Shown here: one piece after another, positions 1-12,738 of the stretch
Layout: every line of letters starts with the position of its first letter
How positions within the stretch are numbered: position 1 is the first letter of the stretch
Program-made: the position numbers and the translations under genes
The notes under the pieces: model-generated
The model's database searches: none
Seen by the model: only the letters and a program-made list of their open reading frames with translations
What the model was told of the DNA's origin: nothing
DNA from: Squalus acanthias
Taxonomy: Eukaryota
Assembly (NCBI GenBank): GCA_030390025.1
Contig: CM059433.1
Span: forward strand, 28,026,001 to 28,090,000
Reading direction: 5' to 3'
Length of the DNA stretch: 64,000 nucleotides

Positions 1-487
1 TTAGTTCGAGGAGTCTGACCAGAACCCTCGAGAACCACTGCAACTCAGCAGCAGAAATCCCGCAGCGTTACGTATGAAGTGGTCCTCTGGGCTTTTGGAC
101 ATTTATCCAATTCTGCCTTAAGAGGTTTGTTATTAGCTTGTTCCGAGAATAGTTTTTCAGAACTTTTGATGTTTAGCATTAACTAGGATACCATCGTCAA
201 AAAAACAATCTACAGCAAATGCGTAGTGACTATGGTCAGCTGCCGGTGTTTCCTTGTGTGGATATTTTCATTGCACTACCCATTTAGAGAGGGCAAGCTC
301 TTAATATCTGTTTGTGACTGGTCCAGCAAGAGGGAAACTGAAGTCGTCGTGTTCCAACTTTGCAATCTCAGGGGGAGCAAACCCAAAATTCCCATCAGCA
401 CCCCAAAAAGTCATGAGACGACCCTTTTATTCATGTTTGCAAACAGAAACCAGACGATCTTAAAAAATAAATTGCATTACTAGACAC

Positions 488-1535
488 CAACTTGTATTTA
501 TATAGCGCCGTTAACATGGTGAAATGCCCGAAGGTGCTTCACAGGAGCACAATCAGACAAATATGGGCATCGAGCCACGTAAGGAGATATTGGGACGAGT
601 GACCAAACGGTTGGTCAAAGAGGTAGGTTTTAAGCTGGATCTTAGAAAGAGAGAGAGAGGTGGAAGCCAAGAGGTTTAGGGAGAGAAATCCAGAGCTTAG
701 GGCCTAGGTAGCTGAAGGCATGACCGCCAATGGTAGGGCAAAGGAAGTGGTAGATGCACAAGAGGCCAAAGTTGGAGGAGCGCAGAGTTCTCAGAAGGTT
801 GTAGGGCTAGAGAAGGTTAGAGATAGCAAGGGGCAAGGCCATGGAAGGATTTGAACATGAGGATGAGAACTTTAAAAATCAAGGCGATACTGGACTGGGA
901 AACAATGTAGGTCAGCAATCACAGGGATGATGGGTGAATGGGACTTGGTGCGCATTAGGATACGGGCAGCAGATTGTCAAGTCTGGAGGTAAAAAAAAGC
1001 ATGGAAGAGGGTTTCAGCAGCTGATCAGCTGAGGCAGGGCGGAAATGGGTGATATTACGGAGGTGGAAATTGGTGCTCTTTCGGGTTACGGGGAGGATAT
1101 GGGGTCAAAAGCTCAGCTCAGGGTCAAATAGGGACGCCAAGCTTGCAAACAGTCTGGTTCAGCCCGAGACAGTAAGCCAGGGAGGGGGATGGAGTCGGTG
1201 GCTAGGGAACAGAGTTTGTGGTGGGGACTGAAGACAATGGCTTTGGACTTCCCAATATTTAGTTGGAGGAAATTCCAGCCAATCCAGGACTGGATATCGG
1301 ACAAGAAGTCTGACGAGAGGCGCAGTGAAGGGGTCAAGAGAGGTGGTGGCAAGTGTCATCAGCGTACATGTGGAACCTGAGGTCACGTTTTTGGATGACG
1401 TCGCCGAGGGGAAGCATGTAGATGAGAAAGAGGAGGGGGTCCAAGGATAGATCCTTGGGGGACTCCAGAGGCAACAGTGCAGGTAGAGAAGCCATTCCGG
1501 GAGATTCTCTTGCTGCAACTGGATAGCTAAGAGTG
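488..1535 (-). mobile_element. L2 (LINE2) fragment, RT C-terminal part to 3' tail, with internal deletions
   Basis: Remnants PLLFLIYMLPLGDVI...FHMYADDT and LQLNIGK, plus the tail GGCGCTATATAAATACAAGTTG. Other L2 pieces near 1565-1840(+), 35050-35300(+), 36588-36930(-), 52630-53170(+), 58600-59480(+) and 59535-59870(-). Confidence 0.8.
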
Positions 1536-2308
1536 GAACCAGGCGAGAGCAGTCCCACTCAGGAACTCCCCATTCCTCTGACTCAAGCCTCTTGTGCAAT
1601 CCCCTCCATTAGCAGCCATGTCTTTAGATGCCTGGGCCTTGTACTGTGGAATTCTCTCCCCACACCCCTCCATCTCTCCATCTCCCTCTTCACCTTCAAT
1701 ATCATTCTTAAAGCTCACTTCTTTGACCAAGCCCTCTTCGTATCTCTTTTTGCTCCATGTCCATATTTATCTTGCACCTCTGCAAAGCATTTTGGGGTTT
1801 ATTTTTATAAAGGGTGCAATATAAATGCAAGTTGTTATTGCTGCTCCATCAACACTAATGCAATGTGCATTTTACTGTGCTACCACCCACCCTCAGAGAA
1901 ACATCGAGTGTGACTGCAGATGGAATTCATTTCAACCACTTCCAGTAGATCTATTGTGCTTTGAGATCTGAATCAGAATATTCGGAAGGAAATCACGAAA
2001 GCGATGGGCTTCCCTTGTTTGAGGAGCAGTAATGGTTGTGTCGGGTGAGGGAGGGATAGAAAGGTTGGGACCAGGAACAGAAAATTCACCAAGGCCATTA
2101 GAACACCTGGACCATAGCAAATCAATTGAACATTAAGATTTAGCGTCTCAATTCCACTTGTACTGCAGAGACGGGGTACTGGGCTTCAACATCAGAGAGA
2201 CATCCCGCCTGAAACGTGCCTCCATGCACTCCCTTTCCAGCTGCTCCCTTCAACATTAGCCTGATTGGAGGCTGGGGACTTGGAATGCCAAGTTACAGGT
2301 GTGCTAAC

Positions 2309-2559
2309 TAGGGTCGCTAACTCAGGTTGGGCACATTTCTGCAGGTTTCATCACATGACCTTCTGCCTCAGCAAATAGCCTTCTCCCATCTCTAAGATAT
2401 TTATAAGTAATAAAAAAGTGCTCAAACAAAATGAAAAATAAACAATTTTTCATTTTGTGCCCCTATGATTTTACTCCTGGGTTGCTCACGGCAGTGTCCC
2501 GGAGATTAATCGTGAATTCCTGGAGACTCCAGGAGAATCCTGGAGCGTCGGCAGCTCTG
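2309..2559. mobile_element. hAT-type MITE, same family, degenerate
   Basis: TAGGGTCGCTAAC ... GTCGGCAGCTCTG, flanked by GTGCTAAC / GTGCCGAC (6/8 TSD). Confidence 0.7.
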
Positions 2560-3490
2560 GTGCCGACAGCAGTGTATTAGAAATACAAATTGTGATTAAG
2601 CACAGTTTTACTATTATGGAAATAAAATCAAGCAAGGAACATCCGTTACAAATGGTGCCCATGGGAACCAACTCAGTTGACACGCAGTGATGGGACCAAC
2701 TGGAGACCAGTTGTGGAAGCCCCACGCCACTGAGATTAAGGGGTAGCATTTCCATCAGGGATTTTCTCGCTATTTTTCCAGGGTTGCGACTGATCTCCTG
2801 CCAAAAGTAACGGCGGCAGATCAGGAGAACTCCCACGGGAAATTCAATCCCCAGATTAATGCCTTCAGCGAATAGTACAAATTATGATCGAGTGCCACCA
2901 ATAACATTTGACGAATGTAGTTGCCTCAATGACAAATACTTACAATCCACTGCAAATTCCCAGTGTATTCCTCCCCACCCTCCCCCAATACTCAACCGCC
3001 ACTTTTGGCTACCTAATTTGAAACTGATGTGGGTGTACGATAAACTCTGGCCGACGTCTTTTCTCCAAAGACTTTACCTCAGAAACGTGCACAGAGTATG
3101 GAAAAGTCAGGCAGTTTTCAACCAGTAAGCTGAGAAACAGGAAGGGGAATAATACGGTCATGTATTTTTCCCCACAGAAAACACGGCTTTAAAATATTAA
3201 TTTTTCCTTGTGTTTTTTTTTTAAAAGCACATTTATTGCCAGCTAACAGTTTGTGATCAAACCAGAACTGAATTATGCAGGGAGCCTCCATTTAAAAACA
3301 CCACCGTTCCCAGCTGGTATCAAGCTGAATGGCACTAATTTTGGCACCTGTGGTAACGGGTTGCCCCCTACTGCATTCTCTCTAGTAGAAAATTAGCGTG
3401 TTACTAGAATACCTTTTTGTTACACAATCTCTTCACCAACCAGTACAAGAATCATTAGTACAGTTACTGGGGGCTGGTCGAGTAACCTAC

Positions 3491-3586
3491 CCCCTTATCA
3501 CCATCACCATCCTCATGCTGGTCACACGCGCATGCTTCCACTGCACTCACCAACCGTAACGTCTTCAGTATGTCTCGCTCCCTTGG
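3491..3586 (-). CDS. DST: Long-donor form (96 nt) of the same exon: PRERDILKTLRL-VSAVEACACDQHEDGDGDKG
   Basis: The frame stays open 60 nt past the first donor and ends AAG GGG|GTAGGT. The extension resembles an acidic VSA..AC...QHED...DKG insert that I recall from some tetrapod DST isoforms. Confidence 0.7.
3551..3586 (-). CDS. DST: Alternative 36-nt CH1 insert exon PRERDILKTLRL (equivalent of plectin exon 3-alpha), short-donor form
   Basis: ttcgatAG|CCA AGG GAG CGA GAC ATA CTG AAG ACG TTA CGG TTG|GTGAGT, phase 0/0. It resembles the PRERD...RL inserts of plectin and DST. Confidence 0.85.
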
Positions 3587-4408
3587 CTATCGAACCGTAC
3601 AGGAGGTACAGGAAAGAAGGACAAAAAGGCACAGACAGACGAGAAGTGAAGAAAAAGTTGTATGAAATGAAAAAACACAAGGCAAACATAAAACAGAGAA
3701 AAGCAAACAAAGGAGAAAAGAAGTCATGCACACGCAAAAGACCCAACAGCTACTTGGTGTTCTTGTACTTTAACAAAGGACGTGGGCAGCAGGTGCTTGG
3801 GAACGCCATCACCTCCATGTTCCCCTCCAAGTCATAAACCATCCCGACTTGGACATATATCGCCTGTTCTTTCATCGTCGCTGGGTCAAATTCCTGGAAC
3901 TCGCTTGCCAATAGCACTGTGGAAGTACCTTCACCACATGAACTGTAACGGTTCAAGGCGGCGGCTCAGCACCACCTTCAAGGGCAATTAGGGATGGGCA
4001 ATAAATGCAGGCCTTGCCAGCGATGCCCACATCCAGTGAATGAAACATTTTGTCCAAAACCCCCTTTCTAAGACTGTGACCGAACTGTACAAAATACTGC
4101 TAACTAGTTGCATCTATCTTCACTCTCCCCCTCCAAATTATCTCTAAAAAAAAGGTCTACGTTCTGGATGTGTGGAGATAATTTGCAGAAAAAACTGTAA
4201 ACGTTCCCTGAAGAGCAAAATTAAAAACCAGAAAGAGGGCTCCAGGTCATTGAGAAAAAAAAATTATAACTTGCAAAACCGAGTACTCAGCATCTTTAGG
4301 TATGAAAAAAAATTAAACACAGGAGAGTGCGGAACACATTTGGAGTGAAGTTCTCGGTGAACCACCAAGGGTCAAAATGTTTAAATGTTGATGTAGAACA
4401 GGACTCAC

Positions 4409-4498
4409 CAGAGTGTCCCCAGAAAGAGCTTCCAGGAGAGAAATCAAGTTGTGTCCATCTCGTAAATCTTCATACAGATCATTCACGTGTTTCCGTAC
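4409..4498 (-). CDS. DST: Dystonin-like CH1 exon, 90 nt: [30 protein letters not shown]
   Basis: Acceptor tcttctctccAG (AG at 4500-4499), donor GTGAGT at 4408, phase 0/0, joins in frame to the 62-nt exon. VRKHVND...SGDTL is the DST form as recalled (plectin AQRHISD...SGDSL; MACF1 VRKHIND...SGIKL). Confidence 0.95.
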
Positions 4499-6417
4499 CT
4501 GGAGAGAAGACGACACAATTGAAATACAATAAACAGCGTTCAGCCAGGTGAGTTCCAACTCTCAACCAAGGACGATCTAGCAGCGTCAGCAGTCGTCAAG
4601 AAGTGCGACACCGTCCAGGACAAAGCAGTCCACCATTCCTTCATTGTCGCTGGCTCAATCTCCCTACCCAATAGCACTGTGGGAGCACCTTCACCACATG
4701 GACTGCAGCGGTTCAAGGCGGCGGCTCACCACCAGCTCCTCAAGGGCAACTGGGGATGGGCAATAAATACCGGCCTTGCCAGTGACGCCCACATCCCAAG
4801 AATGAATATTTTGCAATTAAAAGTGCATTGAGATTTCTTTAATCCATTAGGTCTCAGTGGGACAGTATCAGCTACAATCTGGCCCAAGATAAGTGACATA
4901 CATTCGGGTTACAACTCACGGTTCGGAAACTACTAGATTAAACAAACATGGCACTGAGTGGTTAGTGCCAATATTAAACCAGAGCCTAGCATTACAAGTT
5001 CATTCACATACATCAAATCTATCTTGAGGGGGAATATTCACAGAGTCAGGACCCTAAAAGGGATCCTGAAATACGAGTCTGCATTTGATAATTTCAATAC
5101 TTGAGTTTAACATTACGTGTGTTATAAAGGGACCATCCCTTTTCAAAGTAGCAACAATTTCCAATTATTGAGATTTGATGGCACCCTTTGCAAAATGCAT
5201 TTGTAGCAAAAAAGTTACTGAATGAAAGCAGCAGTAAATACAGGTACATGTGTTACTCTAATCATAGTTGCCTTCACCGACAAAACAGGCCCCATAAAAA
5301 ACACATGTCCACTTGAAAGGTTGTTTTCACCACCGTTCTTTGCAAGGCATATATCTTTATCCACATACATCAACGATAATGTGCAGAAAACCAAGGGGGG
5401 GGGCGGGGGGGGGGGGGGGGGGGGGAGAAAGAAGAGGAGAATAATGTGTTTCTTTTGCCCTCTCAAACTGCTACAGCTTCTGCTGATGGTCTACATTTAG
5501 GCCTTAATCATGTATTCAGAACAGGTTATTAACGAATGCTTAGCACAGCCACTCTGCACAGAACAGTCAATTATTTCAGGAAGGTTCGGCTCAATGATTC
5601 TCAACCTGTGAGTGGATTAATGCCATGTTCCACTGAAGTCTTATTCAAGCATCGGAACACAGATGGGCCTGCAACCCTTCACAATTTAAACATGACTACA
5701 CTTGTAGGGAAATTGAAAAGACTTTATTTCATACACAAAAATAAATTGGAGGGTTTCTTTGCTGATGACCTATTGGTGTATGTGGAACCATGTGCAATTT
5801 GCAACCAAAGATTTTATGGCCCAAATATCCTCTTCTGAACTAACTGTTCAAGCTATGGGTTGAGAACTGCTGGACTGGGCAAACAAGGCACCACTTAAGT
5901 AAACTTCAAATGCAAGTCTGGCATGAACCCATCCATAAAGGAAGCATAGAAAGACTTGCATTACTATAGCACCTTGCCCAACTTCAGGACATCCCAAAGT
6001 CCTTTACAGCCGATGAGGTACTTTTGAAGTGCAGTCACTGTTGTAATGCAGGGAAACACAGCAGCCCATGTGCACAGCAAGATCCCACAAACAGCAATGA
6101 GATCATCTGTTTTAGTTGATGTTGGTTGAAGGATAAATTGGCCAGGACACCGGGGAGAACTCTCCTGCTCTTCCTCAGCCCTACTCTCTAGAACTCCATC
6201 CCTAAACCCCACTGTTTCTTCACTTCTCTCTCAACCATTTGAAACTTCCATCATCACTCCTCATTTTTCTCCCCACGATTCAATGTCCATTCCCTTACTC
6301 TCTCCAACGTGCATTGGGTGTTTCTACTTGGAGCTACATAAATGCAAGATCCTTATTTGTACCTCCTTGGCCATGAACAGCAGAATTTAGGAGCAAGTGG
6401 ACGACAATGAAGACTTA

Positions 6418-6775
6418 ACCCTTCCCCCTTCATTGCCCGCCCCCTCATTTCTACTGCCCTATCCCGGCCATTCCCGCTTTCTTGCCATTCATTTCTACCC
6501 TTCATTACCATCATTCCCCTTCTCTCTCCATTGCCTCTTCCCTCTTCATTGCCATCCATTTCTTTCCCCCTTCCATTTCCCTTTTATCATTGTCCATTTC
6601 CCCATTAATAGCCAGTCATTTCTCCCTTTTCTTGCTGCCGTTTCTCCTATTTCTCGTCATTACCATCCATCTCCCTCCCCTTTATTTACCCTTTTCCCTC
6701 TCTCCTCATTGCGTTCTATTCCTCCTTATCTCGTGCATTCATTGCTCCCCTCTGCACCCAATCCTGCCCCTACCC
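6418..6775 (+). repeat. Pyrimidine-rich low-complexity tract, about 350 bp
   Basis: Dominated by C and T with recurring CCAT, CATT and TTCCC. Confidence 0.75.
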
Positions 6776-8614
6776 TAGTGCTTCTGCTAATGGACATCAT
6801 TCCCGCTGCTGTATACCGTAGGTGGGAACTCCAGTTCTTGCCAGAATTCCCACCTACAGTATACAGCAGCCACAATCACTTCCCTTAGTAAGAGGACTTC
6901 CCTAATGGCACTGAGGAGAGAGAGAGAGATCTAGTCCATGCTGATACGTTTGTAATCACTGCCGTGTGGACCACCCCCCACTCCCCCAGAAACACTGGCT
7001 GTCCGTGTGAGCGTGAGGGAAGTCACGGTTATATAATGAAATGGCATTGCCAATTTGCACAAAGCAAGGTCCCACAAACAGAAAGGAAAGAAATGACTAA
7101 GATAATCTGTTTTTGGTGAGGTTAGTTGAGGGGAGAATGTTGGGGGCCAGGACATTGAGAGAATTTCCCCGCTCTTTGAAATAGCATCACATAAATCAGA
7201 ATAGGCAGACCGGGTCTTGTTTTAAAATCTCACCAGAAAAATGTAAACTTGAATCATGCAGCACTCCCTCAGTACTGCATTGGCTTGTTTGCTCAGTTCT
7301 AGGCGTGGTGAGTGAACCCACACCTTCTGACTCAATGGTGAGAGTGTCTGTTTTAGTGATAACACCTAGCTTGGGGAAAGGTTCATGTTGGATCAGGTTG
7401 ACCATGTTTTAGCCTTGGTAAGCTAATAAAGAATTAAAGGGGAAACGTTATTGCCCTCGGTTTTACAGTTTAGTTTCAGAAGTTGAGAGCAGCAGTAAGT
7501 ATAAAGGAGAAAGATATCTGTAAACACTAGATTGCATTCAAGTTCAACTCGGCAAGCGAGAGAAAAAAAAAAACTCTTGCATTTCTGTAGCACCTTTCAC
7601 AACGTCCTGAAGTGCTTTACAGCCAATGAAGTACAACGGTTGAAAGAAGGAAATGAATGGGTGTTCGCTGAAATTAGAGAAGAGGGCGAAAAAAATCAAG
7701 AGTTGAGAAAACTATGAAAATTGTGACAGTGACCTCCCGAGGCAACGGTATTAAGGGTTACGGAACCAAGGCGGGTAAATGGAGGTAAGATACAGATCAG
7801 CCATGATCTAACTGAATGGCGGAACAGGCTCGAGGGGCTGAATGGCCTACTCCTTTTCCTAGATCCCAGAACCAGTGCCCTGCACAGTAGATGGGACTGC
7901 TAATGCAGGATGCAGCAGTGGACTTTATAGAACCATTCAACACAGAAGATGACCATTCGGCCCATCCTGCCTGTGCCGGCTCTTTGAAAGAGCTCTCCAA
8001 TTAGTTGCTCTCCCCTGCCCTTTCCCCATAGCCCTGCAATTTTTCCCCTTCAAGTATTTATCCAATTCCCCTTTGAAAGTTACTATTGAATCTGCTTCCA
8101 CCACCCTTTCCGGCAGCACTTGCCAGATCATAACAACTCGCTGACTAAAAAAAAAAAAATACTTCTTTGCCAATTATCTTAAATCTGTGTCCTCTGGTTA
8201 CCGACCCTCCCGCTAGATCCTTCTACCAGATCATAGAAGATAGGAGCAGGAGTAGGCCAGTCGGCCCCTCGAGCCTGCTCCGCCATTTAATGAGATCATG
8301 GCTGATCATCCAAATTCAGTACCCTGTACCTGCTTTCTCCCCATATCCCTTGGTCCCAGATCGAAGAGATAAAGGGGAAATTCAACGACCCCGCAGTCCC
8401 AGCACAGAGCCTTGCTAAATGGGACCTTGGGTCAGAGATTTGGGACAACAGTGTTAGAACATGACCTTCAACCAGCTCCTTCATTTAGGGACACTCAGCA
8501 CTGGGAGTTCAGGATCACTGAAGCAATCGTCCAGTATTTCTAAATAACAGCGCCAAGTTTATAAGCTTAAAACAGGAAATAGCATAATTACTGCCAGTTC
8601 CTTTTCTGTATAAA

Positions 8615-8624
8615 CTAAAAATAG
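8615..8624. promoter_or_regulatory. Candidate MEF2 site CTAAAAATAG
   Basis: Exact CTA(A/T)4TAG consensus in an apparently unique AT-rich intronic island. Could be chance. Confidence 0.3.
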
Positions 8625-8949
8625 ATAACTTTGGCAAATATAGACTGCATTTCTCAAAGCTGAATATGCCACGTTAAGTTAAACCTAGCTACGGCAGTGA
8701 TACTGGAATTCATAGCCAAGTTAAGCAGTTTGAAATGTACACAAGTAATGTTTTGCTGTCATTCTGAAACCAAGTGATTGCGCAGTTTGTGACAATTATA
8801 TTGTTATATGATCCTTGATTATGTAGAAGTAGCATAATAATTTAGTTGCATACCATGTGCATTTAAATGCAAAATATATAGATTTATTTCACAATAATAT
8901 TTTTCAATACAGTATATTAGCAATTTGTGATATGACTATTTTTTATTTA

Positions 8950-9858
8950 TTCATTCATAGGATGTGGGCGTCGCTGGCAAGGCCAGCATTTATTGCCCAT
9001 CCCTAATTGCCCTCGAGAAGGTGGTGGTGAGCCACCTTCTTGAACCGCTGCAGTCTGTGTGGTGAAGGTACTCCCACAGTGCTGTTAGGGAGGGAGTTCC
9101 AGGATTTTGACCCAGCGACGATGAAGGAACGGCGATATACTTCCAAGTCAGGATGGTGTGTGACTTGGAGGGGAACTTGGAGGTGGTGGTGTTCCCATAC
9201 GCCTGCTGCCCTTGTCCTTCTAGGTGGAAGAGGTCACGGGTTTGAGAGGTGCTGCCGCCGAAGAAGCCTTGGCGAGTTGCTGCAGTGCATTTTGTAGATG
9301 GTACGCACTGCAGCCACGGTGCGCCGGTGGTGGAGGGAGTGAATGTTCAAGGGCTGCCAATCAAGTGGGCTGCTTTGTCCTGGATGGTGTCATGCGTCTG
9401 AGTATTGTTGGAACTGCACTCATCCAGGCAAGTGAAAAGTATTCCAACACACTCCTGACTTGTGCCTTGTAGATGGTAGAAAGGCTTTGGGGAGTCAGGA
9501 GGTGAGATACTCGCCGCAGAATACCCAGCCTCTGACCTGCTCTTGCAGCCACAGTATTTATGTGGCTGGTCCAGTTAAGTTTCTGGTCAATGGTGACTCC
9601 CAGGATGTTGATGGTGGGGGATTTGGCGATGGTAATGCCATTGAATGTCAAGGGGCGGTCGTTAGACTCTCGCTTGTTGGAGATAGTCATTGCCTGGCAC
9701 GAATGTTACCTGCCACTTATCAGCCCAAGTCTGAACGTCATCCAGGTCTTGTTGCATGCGGGCATGGACTGCTTCATTATCTGAGGAGTTGAGAATGGCA
9801 CTGAACACTGTGCAATCATCAGCGAACATCCCCATTTCTGACCTTATGTTGGAGGGTA
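8950..9858 (-). mobile_element. CR1/L2-group non-LTR retrotransposon 3' fragment, a family distinct from the amniote-type CR1, with a GAAT-repeat tail
   Basis: MFADD and LGVTIDQKLNWTSHI...QRLGILRR...IYKAQVRSVLEY. Related pieces at 3790-4045(+), 4555-4808(+), 24110-24670(+), 38165-38465(-) and 52460-52628(-). Confidence 0.8.
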
Positions 9859-11514
9859 GCATGCTTGGGAGGAACATGTGACTTTGGACCTATGGTTCCC
9901 AAAGCTCTCCACCACTGGGGTTTTCCTCACCTCATGCCTGGGTCTCTTGTAGACTAATTGATAGAGATCGATTGCTATGATTAGTCAACAACTCCATTAT
10001 CATTGTATCATGCGACTACCAGGATGGTCGAAGGGGAGCTAGATGGACCTTGATCTTTTTTCGCCTAGTAATTCCTATGTACACACAACTGTGCCTTGTT
10101 CAGTCCTCAATGTCTTTGAGTGAGCCGAGGATTAACTGGTCTCTTGCAACAGAGTTGCTTTTGGTTAATGTAGGAAGCCTCGAGAACAAGCCAAAATCAG
10201 GCACTGCAAAATAAAAATAAAAATACTAAAAGTAAACCGAAATCCAATTCCACTATTTCTACAGATCTCAGTAAGAATTCACTGGTTGAGCAATTGGTCT
10301 CACTTAACCAGGGAATGCTTCACATGTTGCAGAAACACAACAGCGTTATGCGAAGTATGAACGCAACACTGTAACCCTACAATGCCTCATGAAGTATTCT
10401 CCACAGAAAAATAAAGATACAATCTATCCCAAACCATTTAGTTTCTGAAGACGGAGCCTTCGCAGATCTCCCAATATCAAATGAACTACTGTTGAGAATT
10501 CCTGTTAACAAAAAGGGGATGAAGAGATATAGTATTGTGTGTCTCTCTCCCCCCTGCACTGAGCTTGCTTCCTACCCTCCCCCCGACCCACTTCCACAAT
10601 GGAAGCTTTTAATTCATTCAATCATTGAAAGCTCAGCTCAAAATGGTCTGGCGGGCTGGGGGAGGGGCAAAGTTCTCAACACAAACGTCCATTACCAGAA
10701 ATATGCGCCATAGGATAGTGCCATTCTATAGCAGCACAATTTATGTGTCTGTTGTACAGAAGGACAAATATCTCATGGACGATGTGTAGAAATAGAATTC
10801 AGCATGAAGCACATACGGTCCATGAGCAAAAACATTTTATCACTGATCTCATATTTGTGAAATTTGCTATCAATGCATCAAATACATTGTATAATCAGTC
10901 ACAGATTCACCTTTGAACTTTGCCCTGTGATAGCCATTGCATTTTCAGTGTGAATTATAAATACCAAGTATCACATCCAGGTTCAGTGTCGGGTCAGCAC
11001 CAATGAGCTGACATCTCGCGAAGTCCATTCCAACTGCCTGGGATTAGGTTTGCAGTTAATACATTGGACAGTTGGCCTGTCAATCAACTACAGCATTTGG
11101 AACTTCAAATCTCTCTTGCATTAGAGGGACGTCAGAATTCTCCAGAAGACAATCACATCAAATGTGTGCGCAGTCCACTCTCACAATCGGATTATTTATT
11201 TTTTTTAAATCGAATGGATCAGCAAAGCTCCGAAACCAATTCATTCAATATTTTAACAAGACAAACATTAAAAAAGGAGACTGCTTGTTTTCCACATAAA
11301 TTACAGGATTCAAATCTATTCCAGGTCTTTATTTAACTGCATCAGTCACACCCTCTGCTGGATATACAATAGGCAGGACTTGACTTTCACGGTTTTAAGC
11401 AATGAATAACCCCTCACAGTATCTGTTGTAAACTTTCCCCCCCGGCCCCCACCCTCACCACTGCTTTTAGTTAGTTCAGCGCCAGAGTCGCCGCCAGCAG
11501 CACAAGCTGCCTAA

Positions 11515-11621
11515 AAGAAATAAAAGCAGAAAAAGTTGGAAATACACAGTAGGTCAGCCTGCATTTGAAAGGGAAAAAAAGGCAGGTTATGATGTTGCAG
11601 GTGCATACCCTTCATCAGAAC
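11515..11621 (-). mobile_element. Degenerate Penelope-like 3' end with a decayed hammerhead
   Basis: Minus strand GTT CTGATGA A GGGT-ATGC-ACCT GCAA...AAC plus a decayed family tail. Confidence 0.5.
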
Positions 11622-12076
11622 AGAATGTAAAAGAAATGCGCAAAGCTTGCTACGCGTCTCGACTTAACCATCTCGGAAAGGTGTCAGCCATGGCTCAGTG
11701 GGTAGCATTCACCACTGAGTCAGAAGGTCATGGGTTCAAGTCCCACTTCAGAGATTTGAGCACAAAATTGCTCTCAGTCAGTCACTGTGGAACATAAGAC
11801 GAGATCAGTCCCATTACTGACACCCTGATGCAGTCTTGTGGGGGCAACATACCATTAAGAAGCAGAGTTAAAACAAGGCTTCATCCCACTGTCTTGGTTG
11901 ACTGTTTAGGCGCTTGTATCAACCACCAAACGCACGCGTCGCACTAAACATTTCCAGTATCCTGCTTCCACCCAAGTCTCAATATAGATGTGCAATTCTA
12001 AAACAAGTGAAGCACCAAACTACCTCAAATTACAGAATTCATTTCAATATGGAGTCTATAAAAGAAAAACATTAAA

Positions 12077-12506
12077 GAACTTGCATTTATATAGTGCCTT
12101 TCACACCTTAAGATATCCCCAAGTGCTTGTAATGTAGGAAATGCAGCAGCTAATTTGCACACAGCAAGCTCCTACAAACAGCAACGTGATAATGAGCAAA
12201 TCATCTGTTTAAGTGATGTTGGTTGAGGGACAAATATTGGCCTTGAGTGATAAATATACACCGGGAGAACTCTCGTTTGAATAGATCCATGGGATCTTTT
12301 ACATCCACCTGTGAAGGCAGACTAATTTAATCCAAGCAGTTTAACGACTCATCCAAAGACGGCACCACCTGCAGTGCAGTGCTCCCTCAGTACTAAAATG
12401 TCAGCTTGGATTACATGCTCAAGTCTCTGGAGGGATACTTGAACTTGAACCCACAGCCTTCTGCCTCAAGAGGCCAGAGTGCTTCCCACTGAGCCACGGC
12501 TGACAC
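12077..12506 (-). mobile_element. SacSINE1/DeuSINE-like SINE
   Basis: Reverse-complement copy with head (CACTGAGCCACGGCTGACA on +) and tail. Confidence 0.8.
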
Positions 12507-12718
12507 CTTATGGGAGCGTCAAGTAGGGCGAGTTGCCAGAAAAGTGGCCGTCATCTGCCTGCATTATAGTAAATGATGAGTTGGATGTGAAGCACTTGGT
12601 AATATTCTGATGATACTCCTTAAAAACGACCACTTTTTATGTTTGCTTTTATGACCTAAATCCAAGTTCTTTCTTAGACGTGGAAGGAAGCTGGATCACC
12701 TGCACTGTAGTTACTCTT

Positions 12719-12738
12719 GTCACCACTAGAGGGAAGCC
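12719..12738 (+). promoter_or_regulatory. Candidate CTCF site GTCACCACTAGAGGGAAGCC
   Basis: Core CCACTAGAGGG with an upstream CTGTAGTT resembling the CTCF upstream module. Motif evidence only. Confidence 0.45.

Noticed and set aside
1..3490. Searched for the next DST exon (PREKGRMRFH...), and in 42230-64000 for known first exons (...QAYEDVLERYK, ...AERAVLRIA)
   Set aside because: Not found by eye. They probably lie outside the window, though a diverged exon could have been missed.
4313..4558. 81-aa ORF as a standalone gene
   Set aside because: Only 4409-4498 is coding. The flanks are intron read-through bounded by canonical splice sites.
6397..6888. 163-aa Pro/Phe/Leu/Ser-rich ORF
   Set aside because: Artefact of a pyrimidine-rich low-complexity tract that is depleted of stop codons.
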